Assembly: GCA_963664875.1 (NCBI GenBank)
Contig: OY761611.1
Location: forward strand, 960,001-1,024,000
Source of the DNA: Candidatus Kapaibacterium sp.
Lineage (GTDB): Bacteria > Bacteroidota > Ignavibacteria > Kapaibacteriales > UBA2268
Direction: 5' to 3'
DNA length: 64,000 nucleotides
In this document: in pieces, positions 38,790-50,166 of the stretch
Numbering within the stretch: the stretch's first letter is position 1
Layout of the letters: each line of letters opens with the position of its first letter
Translations under genes and position numbers: made by a program
The notes under the pieces: model-generated
What the model saw: only the letters and a program-made list of their open reading frames with translations
Told to the model about the DNA's origin: nothing
Database searches by the model: none

Positions 38790-40301
38790 ATGAAAATTTT
38801 ATTTACCATAGTATTTTTTATAGGTAGTTTAAGTTTATCTTTTGCTAAGTCACTTGAGAAAACTCTTATTTGGGCAGCAGATGCCGAAGGCAATGCACCA
38901 TATATTTTTCAGGATCCTAACTCTCCCAATAGGCTAATCGGTTTTGAGAAAGATTTTGCTGAAACTTTAGCTAAAGAAATGGGACTAAACGCCAAATTTT
39001 TTCAGAACCAATGGGACGGTTTGATTCCCGGGCTATATCGCGAAGATTATCATATTGCGATAAATGGGCTTGAGGTAACCGAGCAGCGAAAAGAAAAAGT
39101 GCTTTTTTCTACCCCATATTACTACACTGCAGAACAAATTGTTACCTTAAGTAACTCTGCTGATTTTAAAAATCTCAAAGAGTTGAAAGGAAAAATCGTA
39201 GGGTGCTTAAAGTTTTCTTTGGCAGAAAAAATTCTGACAGAACACGGTGGTATAAATGTGCGCTCCTACGAAGGTGAAGCAAATGCTTTTGCTGATCTCA
39301 AAAATGAACGATTGGATGCAGTACTCGTAGATGAACCGATTGCTATTTATCAGGCTTCCTGGAATCCTGATTTCAAGCTTACCGGTGAGCCAATAGGAAA
39401 AGTAATCTATGCCTGTGCTATGCGTTTGGAAGACACTCTGTTGCTGCAAAAAGTAAATTTTGCAATAGAGTCTATGATTAAAACTAAAAAGCTAAAAGAT
39501 ATACTCTGCGAATGGAATCTTTGGAACGCACTTACAGCAGAAGAATTGCTGGACTTTACTGATTGTGATGTTTATGCTTATAAGTTTCATGAATTTGTAG
39601 CTACACAAAAAGAAGAGATGACTTTCCTAAGATTGATGGAAAGATACCTCGGATTACTACCGGAACTTGGCAAAGCAGCGATAATGACTTTGCAGCTTTC
39701 AGTTATGTCAATGGTGCTGGCGATACTTGTCGGACTATTCATTGTAGTTACCAAAGTATATGCACCAAGACCATTTTCAGATGTTGCAAATCTTTATATA
39801 GAATTTGTAAGAGGAACTCCCCTACTTGTTCAGCTTTATCTTATTTTTTACGGTTTACCGAATATAGGCATCAAATTGCATCCGATTGTAGCTGCAGTGC
39901 TAACACTTGCGATAAACTACTCTGCATACGAAGCAGAAAACTTTCGTGCCGGTCTCAATTCCGTACCAAAAGGTCAATTCGAAGCAGCCATATCGCTTGG
40001 TATGAGTCGTTTTCAGGCACTTAGATATGTGATAATACCTCAGGCAGGACGATTAGTAATTCCTCCTGTAACAAACGACTTTATTTCTCTGCTGAAAGAC
40101 AGTTCTTTGGTTTCAGTTATAACTTTGGTAGAACTTACTAAGAAATATCTTCAGTTAGCATCCGCCTACTATGATTTCATTGGAATTGGTATCATTGTAG
40201 CATTGTTTTATCTGATTCTCGGTTTACCTTTTGTCAAATTGTCTAAATACACAGAAAAGAGGCTCAATATCTATCTTAATAATCACAATAATCTCAAATA
40301 A
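38790..40301 (+). CDS. Fused substrate-binding/permease subunit of a polar amino-acid ABC transporter
   Basis: Signal peptide, family 3 SBP (WDGLIPGL, FSTPYY), then permease (RGTPLLVQL, SAYEAENFRAG, GQFEAA, KDSSL). Confidence 0.92.
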   Translation: MKILFTIVFFIGSLSLSFAKSLEKTLIWAADAEGNAPYIFQDPNSPNRLIGFEKDFAETLAKEMGLNAKFFQNQWDGLIPGLYREDYHIAINGLEVTEQRKEKVLFSTPYYYTAEQIVTLSNSADFKNLKELKGKIVGCLKFSLAEKILTEHGGINVRSYEGEANAFADLKNERLDAVLVDEPIAIYQASWNPDFKLTGEPIGKVIYACAMRLEDTLLLQKVNFAIESMIKTKKLKDILCEWNLWNALTAEELLDFTDCDVYAYKFHEFVATQKEEMTFLRLMERYLGLLPELGKAAIMTLQLSVMSMVLAILVGLFIVVTKVYAPRPFSDVANLYIEFVRGTPLLVQLYLIFYGLPNIGIKLHPIVAAVLTLAINYSAYEAENFRAGLNSVPKGQFEAAISLGMSRFQALRYVIIPQAGRLVIPPVTNDFISLLKDSSLVSVITLVELTKKYLQLASAYYDFIGIGIIVALFYLILGLPFVKLSKYTEKRLNIYLNNHNNLK

Positions 40302-40365
40302 TATTTCTTTATGCTGTAAAAATTGCTTTTATTTGTTATTATAGATTAGCATACACTTTGGAATA

Positions 40366-41715
40366 TTGGTGAAGATAAGAGCTTATATATCGCTTTTTCT
40401 GATTTTTTCTGTCGTAGTGATTTCTAATCACTTGCTTCTCGGCTTTCAAAACCCAAGAATTTTGAAGCAAAGGAAAGCTTTTTCTACTTTCGAAGAAGCT
40501 TTGAAGCAGTGTGAAAAATTGGAAAGACTCTCACTAAACGGTTGGAATCTTAATGATTTACCAAAGTCTATAAAACTGTTTTCAAATCTTAAATTTCTTG
40601 ATTTAAGTAATAATCAATTTGTTGATCTACCTGAAGAGCTATCGGAATTGAAAGAACTTGAAGTTCTTATTGTTTCTGACAATGCGATCAAAAGATTTCC
40701 AAATGCAATACTTAAACTTCCAAAGTTGAAGAAGCTCGTCATTTCAAGAAATCAATTATATTATATTCCTGACAATATAGAAATGCTCAGCACTTTAGAA
40801 ATTCTTGACATATCGGAAAACAAAATAACCAATCTACCCGATAAATTCTCTAAGCTTAGCAACTTAAAAGAGTTTAATGTTTCAAAAAATGAAATTGTGC
40901 TTTTCCCTCAGCAACTCATTAAGCTAAAACAACTAACAAGTTTGAATATATCACACAATAAGTTGTACGAGTTACCATATAATATAGCCTTATTACAAAA
41001 ATTAGAATATTTGAATGTAAGTGCCAACAGCATTGATTTCATTCCTACTCAGATAGGTACACTCAATAGTATCAAATCTTTAGATATATCTGACTGTAAT
41101 CTTAAACAGTTACCGGAATCTATTATAGATTTAAGCAAGTTAGAAGAGTTATATATAGGTTATAACAACCTGACATTTTTACCGGATAACTTTTTTAAAT
41201 TATCCAAACTCAGAAAGATTGATTTATCAGGCAATAAAGCCGGATATTTTCCTATTCAGCTTACTCAGATGACAAATTTAAAGATATTATTGATGAATAG
41301 CTGCAACATAAGGTCACTGCCTCATGAATTTGAGCAGATGCAGTCCCTTGAGTATATTGTTTTTCACGATAATAATTTTGTGGATTTTCCTGAAGCTATA
41401 TGCAAACTTACTTCAGTAAGAATTTTAGATATTTCAAAGAATAAGATATTCAAACTCCCAAGCTGTATTGGCAATATGAAGAGCCTATATTCTCTAAATA
41501 TATCTTATAACAGGCTGTTCTCATTACCTCATTCTATGTCAAAATTAGAAGAGCTGACTATTATTTTAGCAGTTTTCAACAAAATTGAATCTCTACCAAA
41601 AAAATTTACTGATTTCAAAAGCCTAAAAAGCCTATATCTTAGCAATAATCCGATAAATGACCACTCAAAAGGCAAAATAAAACAACAATTGCCAAGTACA
41701 AGAATAACATTCTAA
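40366..41715 (+). CDS. Secreted/anchored leucine-rich repeat protein (17 x 23-aa LRR)
   Basis: N-terminal hydrophobic segment, then consecutive LxxLxLSxNxLxxLPxxIxxLxx repeats. Confidence 0.92.
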   Translation: MVKIRAYISLFLIFSVVVISNHLLLGFQNPRILKQRKAFSTFEEALKQCEKLERLSLNGWNLNDLPKSIKLFSNLKFLDLSNNQFVDLPEELSELKELEVLIVSDNAIKRFPNAILKLPKLKKLVISRNQLYYIPDNIEMLSTLEILDISENKITNLPDKFSKLSNLKEFNVSKNEIVLFPQQLIKLKQLTSLNISHNKLYELPYNIALLQKLEYLNVSANSIDFIPTQIGTLNSIKSLDISDCNLKQLPESIIDLSKLEELYIGYNNLTFLPDNFFKLSKLRKIDLSGNKAGYFPIQLTQMTNLKILLMNSCNIRSLPHEFEQMQSLEYIVFHDNNFVDFPEAICKLTSVRILDISKNKIFKLPSCIGNMKSLYSLNISYNRLFSLPHSMSKLEELTIILAVFNKIESLPKKFTDFKSLKSLYLSNNPINDHSKGKIKQQLPSTRITF

Positions 41716-41775
41716 AACCTTTGGCATATAATGTGATAGATATTCCCTAATGGGAATAACGGAGATATTGATAAT

Positions 41776-43881
41776 ATGAAAAACAATAAAAACAGCAAAC
41801 ATGATTTATATTCGCCTGAGCTCTTTTTTAATAGAGAGCTTAGCCTTATAGATTTTAATAAAAGAGTATTGAATGAAGCTGAGGACAAATCACATCCTCT
41901 ACTCGAACGACTAAAGTTCTGCTGCATCTTAAGTTCTAACCTCGACGAATTCTTCATGATTAGAGTCGCCGGACTAAAAGGTCAGATAGCCTCTGAAGTG
42001 GTCGAATTATCTTATGACGGCAAAACACCAAAAGAGCAGTTAATCGAAGTCAGAAAGCAGCTGATTCCGATATATAAGCGACATAGTGATATTTTAAATA
42101 ACCAGATTTTGCCACAGTTGGAAAAACACGGTATCTTTATCCATAATTTTTCCGATTTGCAACCAATAGAAAAAGAAGAATTGGAGCAATACTTTCTTGA
42201 TTCAGTGCTGCCGATACTGACTCCCCTTACCTTGGGACCTGCTAATCCTTTTCCCCGTTTGATAAATAGAAGCCTCAATGTAGCCTTTGTATTACAAGAC
42301 ACTACCAAACCAACCGAAGACGAACGAATTGCATTTGTGCAGCTGCCTTCAGTGTTGCAACGCTTTGTCAGTCTTGACAGAAAAGGTGGACATCATTTTG
42401 TATTGGTCGAACAACTAATAAAGGAATTTGCCAATATTCTTTTCCCGGGATTACAAGTTAAAACAGCTAATACATTTCGTGTAACCCGCGATGCAGATAT
42501 AGAAATCGCAGAAGATGAAGCAGAAGATTTGCTTTCTGAAATAGCTGAGCAAATCAAAAAAAGAAGATGGGGACGAGCAGCTGTCCGCTTAGAAGTCAGC
42601 TCTAAAATGCCTGATTTTTTGGTAGAATTGCTTACCGAGTTTTTAGACTTGGATCCCATAGATGTGTATGTTCACGATAGACCTCTCAATTTGGGCGACT
42701 TTATGGAGTTTATGAAAGTCGAAATACGTGACCTTAAGGATAAACCCTTTGCTCCAAGGAACATTCATGAATTTAACGGAAGAGATATAAATATTTTTGA
42801 TGCTATCAAGCAGCAAGATGTTTTGGTACATCATCCTTATGATTCATTTACAACCTCGACTCTAAAATTCATATCACAAGCCGTAAACGATCCTAACGTT
42901 CTGGCAATTAAAATCACTTTGTACAGGACAGGGCAAAATTCTCCGATAGTAAATGCACTCAAAAAAGCGGCTGAAGACGGTAAATCTGTAACTGCCTTTG
43001 TAGAATTGAAAGCTCGATTTGATGAAGAAAAAAATATTACTTGGGCTAAAGAACTTGAGCACCACGGTGTGCACGTAGTTTATGGAGTTTTGGGACTCAA
43101 AACTCACTGCAAAATATGCAGTGTAGTCCGTAAAGAAAACGATCAGCTACGTACTTATTTGCATCTTTCGACAGGGAATTATAACCAGACAACTTCGAGA
43201 TTATATACAGATTTAGGATTTTTTACTGCTAATCCTGACTTTGGTAAAGATGCAACGCATCTATTTAATATTCTTACCGGCTACTCCCACTTTAACGATT
43301 GGAAGGAGTTTATTGTTGCTCCAACTACAATGTATAAAAGAACTTTAGAGCTAATAGAACGAGAAATAGAACTCTCAACACCTGAAAATCCGGGACTGAT
43401 TTTTGCAAAAATGAACCAACTTGCTCATAGGGAAGTTATTCCGGCACTTTACCGTGCCTCTCAGGCAGGAGTGAAAGTCAAACTTTTAGTCAGAGGTCTT
43501 TGTTGCCTTCGCCCGGGTGTAGAAGGAATTAGTGATAATATTGAAGTCAGAAGTATTATTGGTAGATTTTTGGAACACAGCCGTATTTTTTACTTCAAAA
43601 ATGCAGGCAATGAAGAATATTATCTCAGTAGTGCTGATTGGATGTCCAGGAACTTGCATAAACGAATGGAACTTATGTTTCCTATTTACGACAAAAGATT
43701 GCGCGAAAGAATCTGGGATATACTCAATATATATTGGTCGGATAACACAAAATCTTGGAAATTAAAATCTACCGGCGAATATGAAAAATTGAAACCTAAG
43801 AATATTGATGCAGGTTTTAGCTCTCAGGATTTTTTCCTCGATGAACTAAAGCTCCTGAGAAATTCTGACATACTTGTTTAA
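41776..43881 (+). CDS. ppk1: Polyphosphate kinase 1
   Basis: FFNRELS, NLDEFFMIRVAGL, HHPYDSF, TLYRT, ELKARFDE, LKTHCK, TGNYN, GRFLEHSR, SADWMSRNL. Confidence 0.97.
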   Translation: MKNNKNSKHDLYSPELFFNRELSLIDFNKRVLNEAEDKSHPLLERLKFCCILSSNLDEFFMIRVAGLKGQIASEVVELSYDGKTPKEQLIEVRKQLIPIYKRHSDILNNQILPQLEKHGIFIHNFSDLQPIEKEELEQYFLDSVLPILTPLTLGPANPFPRLINRSLNVAFVLQDTTKPTEDERIAFVQLPSVLQRFVSLDRKGGHHFVLVEQLIKEFANILFPGLQVKTANTFRVTRDADIEIAEDEAEDLLSEIAEQIKKRRWGRAAVRLEVSSKMPDFLVELLTEFLDLDPIDVYVHDRPLNLGDFMEFMKVEIRDLKDKPFAPRNIHEFNGRDINIFDAIKQQDVLVHHPYDSFTTSTLKFISQAVNDPNVLAIKITLYRTGQNSPIVNALKKAAEDGKSVTAFVELKARFDEEKNITWAKELEHHGVHVVYGVLGLKTHCKICSVVRKENDQLRTYLHLSTGNYNQTTSRLYTDLGFFTANPDFGKDATHLFNILTGYSHFNDWKEFIVAPTTMYKRTLELIEREIELSTPENPGLIFAKMNQLAHREVIPALYRASQAGVKVKLLVRGLCCLRPGVEGISDNIEVRSIIGRFLEHSRIFYFKNAGNEEYYLSSADWMSRNLHKRMELMFPIYDKRLRERIWDILNIYWSDNTKSWKLKSTGEYEKLKPKNIDAGFSSQDFFLDELKLLRNSDILV

Positions 43882-43883
43882 AC

Positions 43884-43917
43884 AAAAAGAGACTCATTAT
43901 AAAATCGAGTCTCTTTT
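43884..43917. terminator. Bidirectional terminator between ppk1 and rpoZ
   Basis: AAAAGAGACTC...GAGTCTCTTTT. Confidence 0.8.
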
Positions 43918-43949
43918 CTTTATATTATCTCTTGAAAATTACTTTCAGA

Positions 43950-44246
43950 TTAGTCTTCTTCTTCAGGAATTCTGAAAAGCAATTTTCCGTCTTCAATTTC
44001 TTTCATAGCCAAAAAAGTAGGTTTTGGATATTTGTCAAATTCTTTACTGATGCTGATTTGGTCGTAGTTCGTATCGTTATCATCACCTGTAGTGAGGACA
44101 TCAGACATTCTCAACTTGATTTCATTCTTGATATCGTCGTTAATCTGTCTTGATCTGAAGCCCATAGCAACTATGGATTGGTAAATAGAACCTTTTTCTG
44201 ACTCGTGCATTCTAACTTCAATAGGATTGACAATATATTTTGCCAT
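43950..44246 (-). CDS. rpoZ: RNA polymerase omega subunit (FCB type)
   Basis: GSIYQSIVAMGFRSRQIN...QISISKEFDKYPKPTFLAMKE..GKL; ATG 44246 with GAGG SD. Confidence 0.85.
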   Translation of the reverse strand: MAKYIVNPIEVRMHESEKGSIYQSIVAMGFRSRQINDDIKNEIKLRMSDVLTTGDDNDTNYDQISISKEFDKYPKPTFLAMKEIEDGKLLFRIPEEED

Positions 44247-44419
44247 GATAGCGTCCTCTTTATACGTACTTATATAATGATTCGAATCAGCAATATAATC
44301 TATTTTAGTCAAAAAAGCAAGCACTAAGTCCCAAATCTCAATTTTTTATTTTCAGGATAAAATGATATATTTAAACTTAGCTCAGTATTGTTTTTTTTAG
44401 ATGCTTTGCAGAGATACTA

Positions 44420-44809
44420 ATGAAAAAATTATATTATTCTATAAGTGAAGTAAGTAAGTTAGTCGATGAAGAGTCGCATATACTAAGATATTGGGAAAAA
44501 GAATTTAGTGAGCTAAAGCCTAAAAAAAACAATGGCGGCAATCGTATGTACTCAGAAAACGATTTGAAAACCATTATCTCTATTCAAAAGCTTATCAGAG
44601 ACGAAAAACTATCCCTTAAAGATGCAAAAGCCAAAATAAAAAGCATTTCCAACGCCGATTTGGAGTTACCTTTTGAAAATAATGAAGTAGTGCCAACTGA
44701 ACCTCAGCTCTTCCCTGACGTACCCAAAAGCAATGCTGCACCTCAAATCGAGAAATCCATGCTTAAAGAATTTAGAGCACTTTTGATTTCTATCAAAGAA
44801 AGACTCTAA
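44420..44809 (+). CDS. MerR-family HTH protein
   Basis: YYSISEVSKL...LRYWEKEF..LKP...GGNRMY. Confidence 0.9.
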   Translation: MKKLYYSISEVSKLVDEESHILRYWEKEFSELKPKKNNGGNRMYSENDLKTIISIQKLIRDEKLSLKDAKAKIKSISNADLELPFENNEVVPTEPQLFPDVPKSNAAPQIEKSMLKEFRALLISIKERL

Positions 44810-45005
44810 TTTCCGTTCATGCAAACACTCTAATTTACAGTATATTATGCTTGTATGTACTATTTTGTATTGATTTTTTTTCTTAACAGGAATTTGATAT
44901 AATATTGTTTTAACAATTTTATTATATTGAACCGTCTGTTAGTTATCATTGTATTCAATAGTAGATAATAAATATACTTTTTACATAATAATTGGAGTTT
45001 TCACT

Positions 45006-45974
45006 ATGGCAATTCATTTAAAAGTTTTTGCTGCATATTTGCTTGCAGCACTTTTAACTGTATCTGCTTCTGCTCAAAAACTCAAGTACGAAGAACAAGT
45101 AGTTGGTAAACACAACGACGAAGTTCTTGGTGTGTTTGTAAATGAAGATGATACGAAAGTAGCCACCTGCAGCTTAGACGAAACTATTAAAATCTGGAGC
45201 TTGCCGGAAGGTAAAGAGTTAATGACTTTGAAAGGACATCTTGGACAGGTAAATAATCTCTCGTTTTCCGGTAATGACAAATATATCGCTTCCGGTTCAA
45301 GCGATCAGACCATAAAAGTTTGGGATGTTGAAACAGGTAAACTGATTAAAACTCTTAAAGGTCATACAGATCAGGTGATAGGCGTGTATTTTAGCCAAGA
45401 TGATGGATCTACTCTAATTGCTTCTACCAGCTTTGACAAGACTGTAAAGTTATGGGATAGAGAGCTTGGTGCAGAGGTAAAAACTTTACGCGGACATACA
45501 GAACCTACAAATAATGTGGCTTATAGCTATGACGGTAAATATCTCGCTTCTTGCAGTGACGACAAAACCATCAAGATTTGGTCAACAGATATTGGCAAAG
45601 ATGACCCTATAATGAACCTTTCCGGTCATGAAGCTCCTGTGCTAACAGTTCTATTTAGCTTCGATAACAAACTTTTGGCTTCGGCAGATGCTTCAGGTAC
45701 AATAAAAATTTGGAATGTGGCAAACGGCCAGCTTATCAAAAGTATCAAAGCACACGACCAGCTTGTTCAGGATGTTTCTTTTGCAGGCGACAACAAAACT
45801 TTAGTAAGTGCAAGCCTCGACAAAAAAGTAAAGCTTTGGGATGTAGAATCAGGAAAAGAGTTAATGTCGATGGAACTCAACTGTGAGATATGGTCAGTCG
45901 ATTTAGTTCTTGATAAATCCATTATTATAGTTGGATGCTCAGACGGTACTGTTAGATATTTGAGAAAAAAGTAG
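45006..45974 (+). CDS. Secreted WD40 beta-propeller protein (about 7 blades)
   Basis: Signal peptide, repeated LKGH...V.FS.D...ASGS.D.TIK.WD units; ATG 45006 with GGAG. Confidence 0.92.
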   Translation: MAIHLKVFAAYLLAALLTVSASAQKLKYEEQVVGKHNDEVLGVFVNEDDTKVATCSLDETIKIWSLPEGKELMTLKGHLGQVNNLSFSGNDKYIASGSSDQTIKVWDVETGKLIKTLKGHTDQVIGVYFSQDDGSTLIASTSFDKTVKLWDRELGAEVKTLRGHTEPTNNVAYSYDGKYLASCSDDKTIKIWSTDIGKDDPIMNLSGHEAPVLTVLFSFDNKLLASADASGTIKIWNVANGQLIKSIKAHDQLVQDVSFAGDNKTLVSASLDKKVKLWDVESGKELMSMELNCEIWSVDLVLDKSIIIVGCSDGTVRYLRKK

Positions 45975-45983
45975 GAGATTAAA

Positions 45984-46697
45984 ATGAAATATATGATTAA
46001 ATCGGCACTTTTTATTGTAATGCTATTGGCCTTTGTAACTTCTTCATTTGCTCAGTTTTCTTCTACGGTAGTAGCAGTAAGAGGCGTAATAATGAATGAA
46101 CTTACCGGAGAGCCGGTTAAGCTTAAAGTGCAGTTGATGGATGAAACCGGAAAGACTGTCAATAGAGCTTTTAGCAACTCATTGACGGGAGAGTATTATA
46201 TGACAGGTCTGCGTGCAGGTCTTACTTATAAATGCAGACTCGTTTCCGATGAGTTTTTGGTAGAAGAATTTGTTATTCACACTCCAAATACTGACAAGTA
46301 TCTGGAAATTTCGCGTGATTTTATGGTCAAACCATTGATTGCAGGCAAAAAAATACCATTGAAAGTTGCTCCTTTCGAGCTACGTAAAAGCAAAATCAAA
46401 TTTGGTGCTTCTGAGGCTTTAGAAGATATCACAAATGCCCTTAAGCTCAATGAACAGGTTAAATTTGAAATAATTTGCTACCCGGATTCAGAGACTCAGG
46501 TAAAATCAGATCCGGAAATAACTACCCAGCGTGCAAATGCTCTTAGAGACTATTTTGTGGCTGTTGGCATTTCACCTGACCGAATCTCTGTAGAAGGATC
46601 TAAACAGCTTGACCCTGATAATCCACCTCCAACGCAAAAAGCTGCTAAAGGAAAAAGATATATCGGCACTACTTATGTAGTAATAAAAGAAGTATAA
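45984..46697 (+). CDS. Periplasmic protein: carboxypeptidase-regulatory-like domain plus degenerate OmpA-like domain
   Basis: Signal peptide; VRGVIMNELTGEPV, SNSLTGEYY; C-terminal QRANALRDYFVAVGISPDRISVEG. Confidence 0.75.
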   Translation: MKYMIKSALFIVMLLAFVTSSFAQFSSTVVAVRGVIMNELTGEPVKLKVQLMDETGKTVNRAFSNSLTGEYYMTGLRAGLTYKCRLVSDEFLVEEFVIHTPNTDKYLEISRDFMVKPLIAGKKIPLKVAPFELRKSKIKFGASEALEDITNALKLNEQVKFEIICYPDSETQVKSDPEITTQRANALRDYFVAVGISPDRISVEGSKQLDPDNPPPTQKAAKGKRYIGTTYVVIKEV

Positions 46698-46734
46698 AAT
46701 TCAAATCCTTACGATATAAAATTGAAAAGACATT

Positions 46735-46759
46735 GCCCGGCTATTGGTCGGGCTTTTTT
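46735..46759 (+). terminator. Terminator after the WD40-OmpA pair
   Basis: GCCCGGC-tattg-GTCGGGC plus T6. Confidence 0.75.
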
Positions 46760-46967
46760 GTGTTTTAGAGTTGGTCAATGTATTTTGCAAATGAAATATA
46801 TATATAGATAACATTTGTATCAATAAAATTGGATTAAAAAAATTAGGTTATCAAAATTTTTTGAGATATTTTTGGAGATATTGGTTAATAGGGTAAATGG
46901 ATTTTGTCTTTTACCCGTTACTATATCTTGAATCGAAATTATATGTATATATAGGGATACTAATACT

Positions 46968-49900
46968 ATGTTTAAGCTTCTTTCAAAGCTTTTCGGGAAT
47001 AAAAGTGACAAGGATATAAAGGCACTAAAACCGATAGTAGAAGAAATCAACAGCTACTACAAACAGTTTGATGCTCTATCGGAAGATGAACTAAAGGGAA
47101 AGACAAACGAGTTCAGAGGTATAATTAAAGACAGAACTAATGAGCTTGAAAGCAAGAAAATAGAACTTAGTCAAAAACTAAAAACTGAAGTACTTTCTTC
47201 AGAAGAAATTTCTGATATTTCTGCAGAGATTAAGAAACTGGATAAAGACATTTTCGCTACTACTCAGGAAGTTCTAAATGAGCTTCTCCCTCAGGCTTTT
47301 GCCACTGTCAAACAGGCATGTAAACGTCTAACAGAGCAAAAGTTTACATACGAATATGCAGGACAGTCAGATACATGGGCTATGATTCCTTACGATGTTC
47401 AGCTAATTGGCGGTATCGTTCTTCATCAGGGTAAAATAGCCGAGATGGCTACGGGTGAGGGTAAAACTCTTGTGGCAATCCTTCCTGTTTATCTTAATGC
47501 CCTCCCCGGCAAAGGTGTTCACCTTGTAACTGTCAACGACTACCTTGCTAAACGCGACTGCGACTGGATGAGACCTGTTTATGAATACTTAGGTATGACT
47601 TGTGGTGCAATTCAGTCTAATATGGATAATGACGAAAGAAAAGCTATATATAACGGCGACATTACTTACGGTACTAACAATGAGTTTGGTTTTGACTACC
47701 TAAGAGATAATATGGTCGTTGAAGCTGAACAAATGGTTCAGCGCGAACACTGGTACGCTATTGTCGATGAGGTTGACTCAGTTTTAATTGACGAAGCTCG
47801 TACTCCTCTTATCATTTCAGGACCGGTTGGCAATCCGGATCAAAAATTTGAAGAGATGGAACCTCGCGTTCGCAAACTTGTTGAAGCACAAATGCGTAAC
47901 GTTAATCAATATGTTAGCGAAGCAGAAAGCTTGTTAAAAAAAGGAACAAAAGAAGCCAAAGACGAAGCGGGTATTCTAATACTTATGTCGCATAGAGCAA
48001 TGCCGAAACATAAAAGATTGCTCAAATTGATGCAAGATCCGGAATTACAGAAATTGAAATCAGAAACCGAGCTGTTTTATCTTCGCGAACAAGGCAGAAA
48101 GATGGCAGAGATAGATGAAAAATTACTATACTCTATCGACGAAAAACATCATTCTATTGATATTTCAGAAAAAGGTCGCCAACTGCTCTGCACTCATCAG
48201 GAAGATCCTGAAATGTTCGTGATTCCTGATATTGCCACAGAGCTAAGTGCTATCGAAGGCGATACAGATTTACCGGAAAAAGAAAGACAACTCAAAAAAG
48301 ACAGAGTCCATTTGCTTTATGCAGAGAGAAGCGACAGAATTCATACTGTAACTCAGTTACTTCGTGCATTCTCTCTATATGAAAGGGATATCGAGTATGT
48401 AATTCAAAACGGCAAGATTATGATTGTGGATGAGTTCACGGGTCGTATCTTGGACGGAAGAAGATACTCTGACGGACTTCATCAGGCGATAGAAGCAAAA
48501 GAACACGTAAAAGTCGAACGCGATACTCAAACTTTTGCAACTGTTACACTGCAAAACTATTTTAGATTGTACCACAAATTAGGTGGTATGACGGGTACAG
48601 CGGAAACTGAAGCTGCAGAATTTGAAAAAATTTACAAGCTCGAAGTTGTAGTTATACCTACTAACAGACCTATCCAAAGAAAAGATGACGAAGATCTTAT
48701 CTTTAAAACTAAAAGAGAAAAATACAACGCAATTATAGATCACGTTCAAGAATTGCTCAAAGAAGGAAGACCGGTTCTTGTTGGTACTGCCAGCGTAGAA
48801 GTTTCCGAGATATTGAGCAAAATGTTGCAGAGAAAAAAAGTACCTCACAACGTGCTAAATGCCAAAGCCCATGCTAAAGAAGCCGAAATCGTAGCTGCAG
48901 CCGGTAAAAAAGGTGCTGTAACTATCGCAACTAACATGGCAGGTCGTGGTACTGACATCAAAATAAATGACGAAATCAAGAAGAATGGCGGTTTAGCTAT
49001 CATCGGTTCCGAAAGGCACGATGCTCGCCGTATTGACAGACAGTTGAGAGGTCGTTCAGGCAGACAGGGCGATCCGGGTACTTCTATTTTCTACATATCT
49101 CTCGAAGATAATCTTATGAGATTATTTAGTGGCGACAGAGTTGCGGGAGTTATGAGCAAATTAGATATTCCCGAAGGTGAACCTATCTCCCACTCTATGA
49201 TAACTAAAGCAGTCGAAAGAGCACAGAAGAAAGTAGAAGAAAACAACTTTGCAATTCGTAAACGTCTATTGGAATATGATGACGTAATGAATCAGCAGAG
49301 AGAGGTAATCTATAATAGACGTAAGGCTGCACTTCGCGGTGAAAGACTGAAAGGCGAGCTTTTTGACTACATAGACGAGATGGCAAGTGAATGGTTCCAA
49401 ACCTATCAACCAAATAATGAATTTGATGAATTCATGAATGATGTAAGAACTACACTGCTTTGCGAACCTAATATCACAAGAGAAGAATTTAAAACTATTT
49501 CAGAAGAAGCTGTAGTGCAAAGAGTAGTCGAAGCTGCTGAAATGTTCTACACGCGAAAAGAAGAAATGATAGGTACTGAATTCCTTTCCAAATTGGAAAG
49601 AGTTGCAGTCCTACAAACAATTGATGATAAATGGCGCGAACACCTCAGACAAATGGATGATTTGAAAGAAGGTATTCATTTGCGTTCTTATGGTCAAAAA
49701 GATCCATTGATGGAATATAAAAAAGAAGCCTTCGAATTGTTTGTCAGCTTGATTAGAGAAATAAACAAACAATCCGTAAACTTCTCTTTCAAATTCTTCC
49801 CTCAGATTATTTATAGAGATCAAGATGGTAATATAGTACCTCCTCCGGAAGAGAATGCTCAGATTCCTACTGTGAAAAGAGCAGCTCCCCGTAAGCTAAG

Positions 49901-50108
49901 TTTCAGACGAGACGAAGCCGGAATACCTGCTCCAAGACAGGAAATGCCGCATGCTCAGGCACCTGCAGAAGCACAAGCAGGCGAAGCAAAGGTACAAACT
50001 CATGTCAGAGAGGAACCTAAAATCGGCAGGAATGACCCTTGCCCATGTGGAAGTGGCAAAAAATATAAAAAATGCTGTGGTATTGGCGAAGATAGCACAG
50101 ATTTGTAG
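46968..50108 (+). CDS. secA: Preprotein translocase ATPase SecA
   Basis: [82 protein letters not shown] motif [19 protein letters not shown]. Confidence 0.98.
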   Translation: MFKLLSKLFGNKSDKDIKALKPIVEEINSYYKQFDALSEDELKGKTNEFRGIIKDRTNELESKKIELSQKLKTEVLSSEEISDISAEIKKLDKDIFATTQEVLNELLPQAFATVKQACKRLTEQKFTYEYAGQSDTWAMIPYDVQLIGGIVLHQGKIAEMATGEGKTLVAILPVYLNALPGKGVHLVTVNDYLAKRDCDWMRPVYEYLGMTCGAIQSNMDNDERKAIYNGDITYGTNNEFGFDYLRDNMVVEAEQMVQREHWYAIVDEVDSVLIDEARTPLIISGPVGNPDQKFEEMEPRVRKLVEAQMRNVNQYVSEAESLLKKGTKEAKDEAGILILMSHRAMPKHKRLLKLMQDPELQKLKSETELFYLREQGRKMAEIDEKLLYSIDEKHHSIDISEKGRQLLCTHQEDPEMFVIPDIATELSAIEGDTDLPEKERQLKKDRVHLLYAERSDRIHTVTQLLRAFSLYERDIEYVIQNGKIMIVDEFTGRILDGRRYSDGLHQAIEAKEHVKVERDTQTFATVTLQNYFRLYHKLGGMTGTAETEAAEFEKIYKLEVVVIPTNRPIQRKDDEDLIFKTKREKYNAIIDHVQELLKEGRPVLVGTASVEVSEILSKMLQRKKVPHNVLNAKAHAKEAEIVAAAGKKGAVTIATNMAGRGTDIKINDEIKKNGGLAIIGSERHDARRIDRQLRGRSGRQGDPGTSIFYISLEDNLMRLFSGDRVAGVMSKLDIPEGEPISHSMITKAVERAQKKVEENNFAIRKRLLEYDDVMNQQREVIYNRRKAALRGERLKGELFDYIDEMASEWFQTYQPNNEFDEFMNDVRTTLLCEPNITREEFKTISEEAVVQRVVEAAEMFYTRKEEMIGTEFLSKLERVAVLQTIDDKWREHLRQMDDLKEGIHLRSYGQKDPLMEYKKEAFELFVSLIREINKQSVNFSFKFFPQIIYRDQDGNIVPPPEENAQIPTVKRAAPRKLSFRRDEAGIPAPRQEMPHAQAPAEAQAGEAKVQTHVREEPKIGRNDPCPCGSGKKYKKCCGIGEDSTDL

Positions 50109-50132
50109 GAAATTCAATTTTTAGTTTTATTT

Positions 50133-50166
50133 AAGCAGTTCAATCCAAACATTGAACTGCTTTTTT
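50133..50166 (+). terminator. Terminator after secA
   Basis: AAGCAGTTCAAT-ccaaac-ATTGAACTGCTT plus T-run. Confidence 0.85.

Noticed and set aside
41713-41750. AAACCTTTGGCATAT upstream of ppk1, nearly identical to the ECF promoter -35 and spacer
   Set aside because: No GT(C/A) -10 at the right spacing and it overlaps the LRR stop codon; may be chance.
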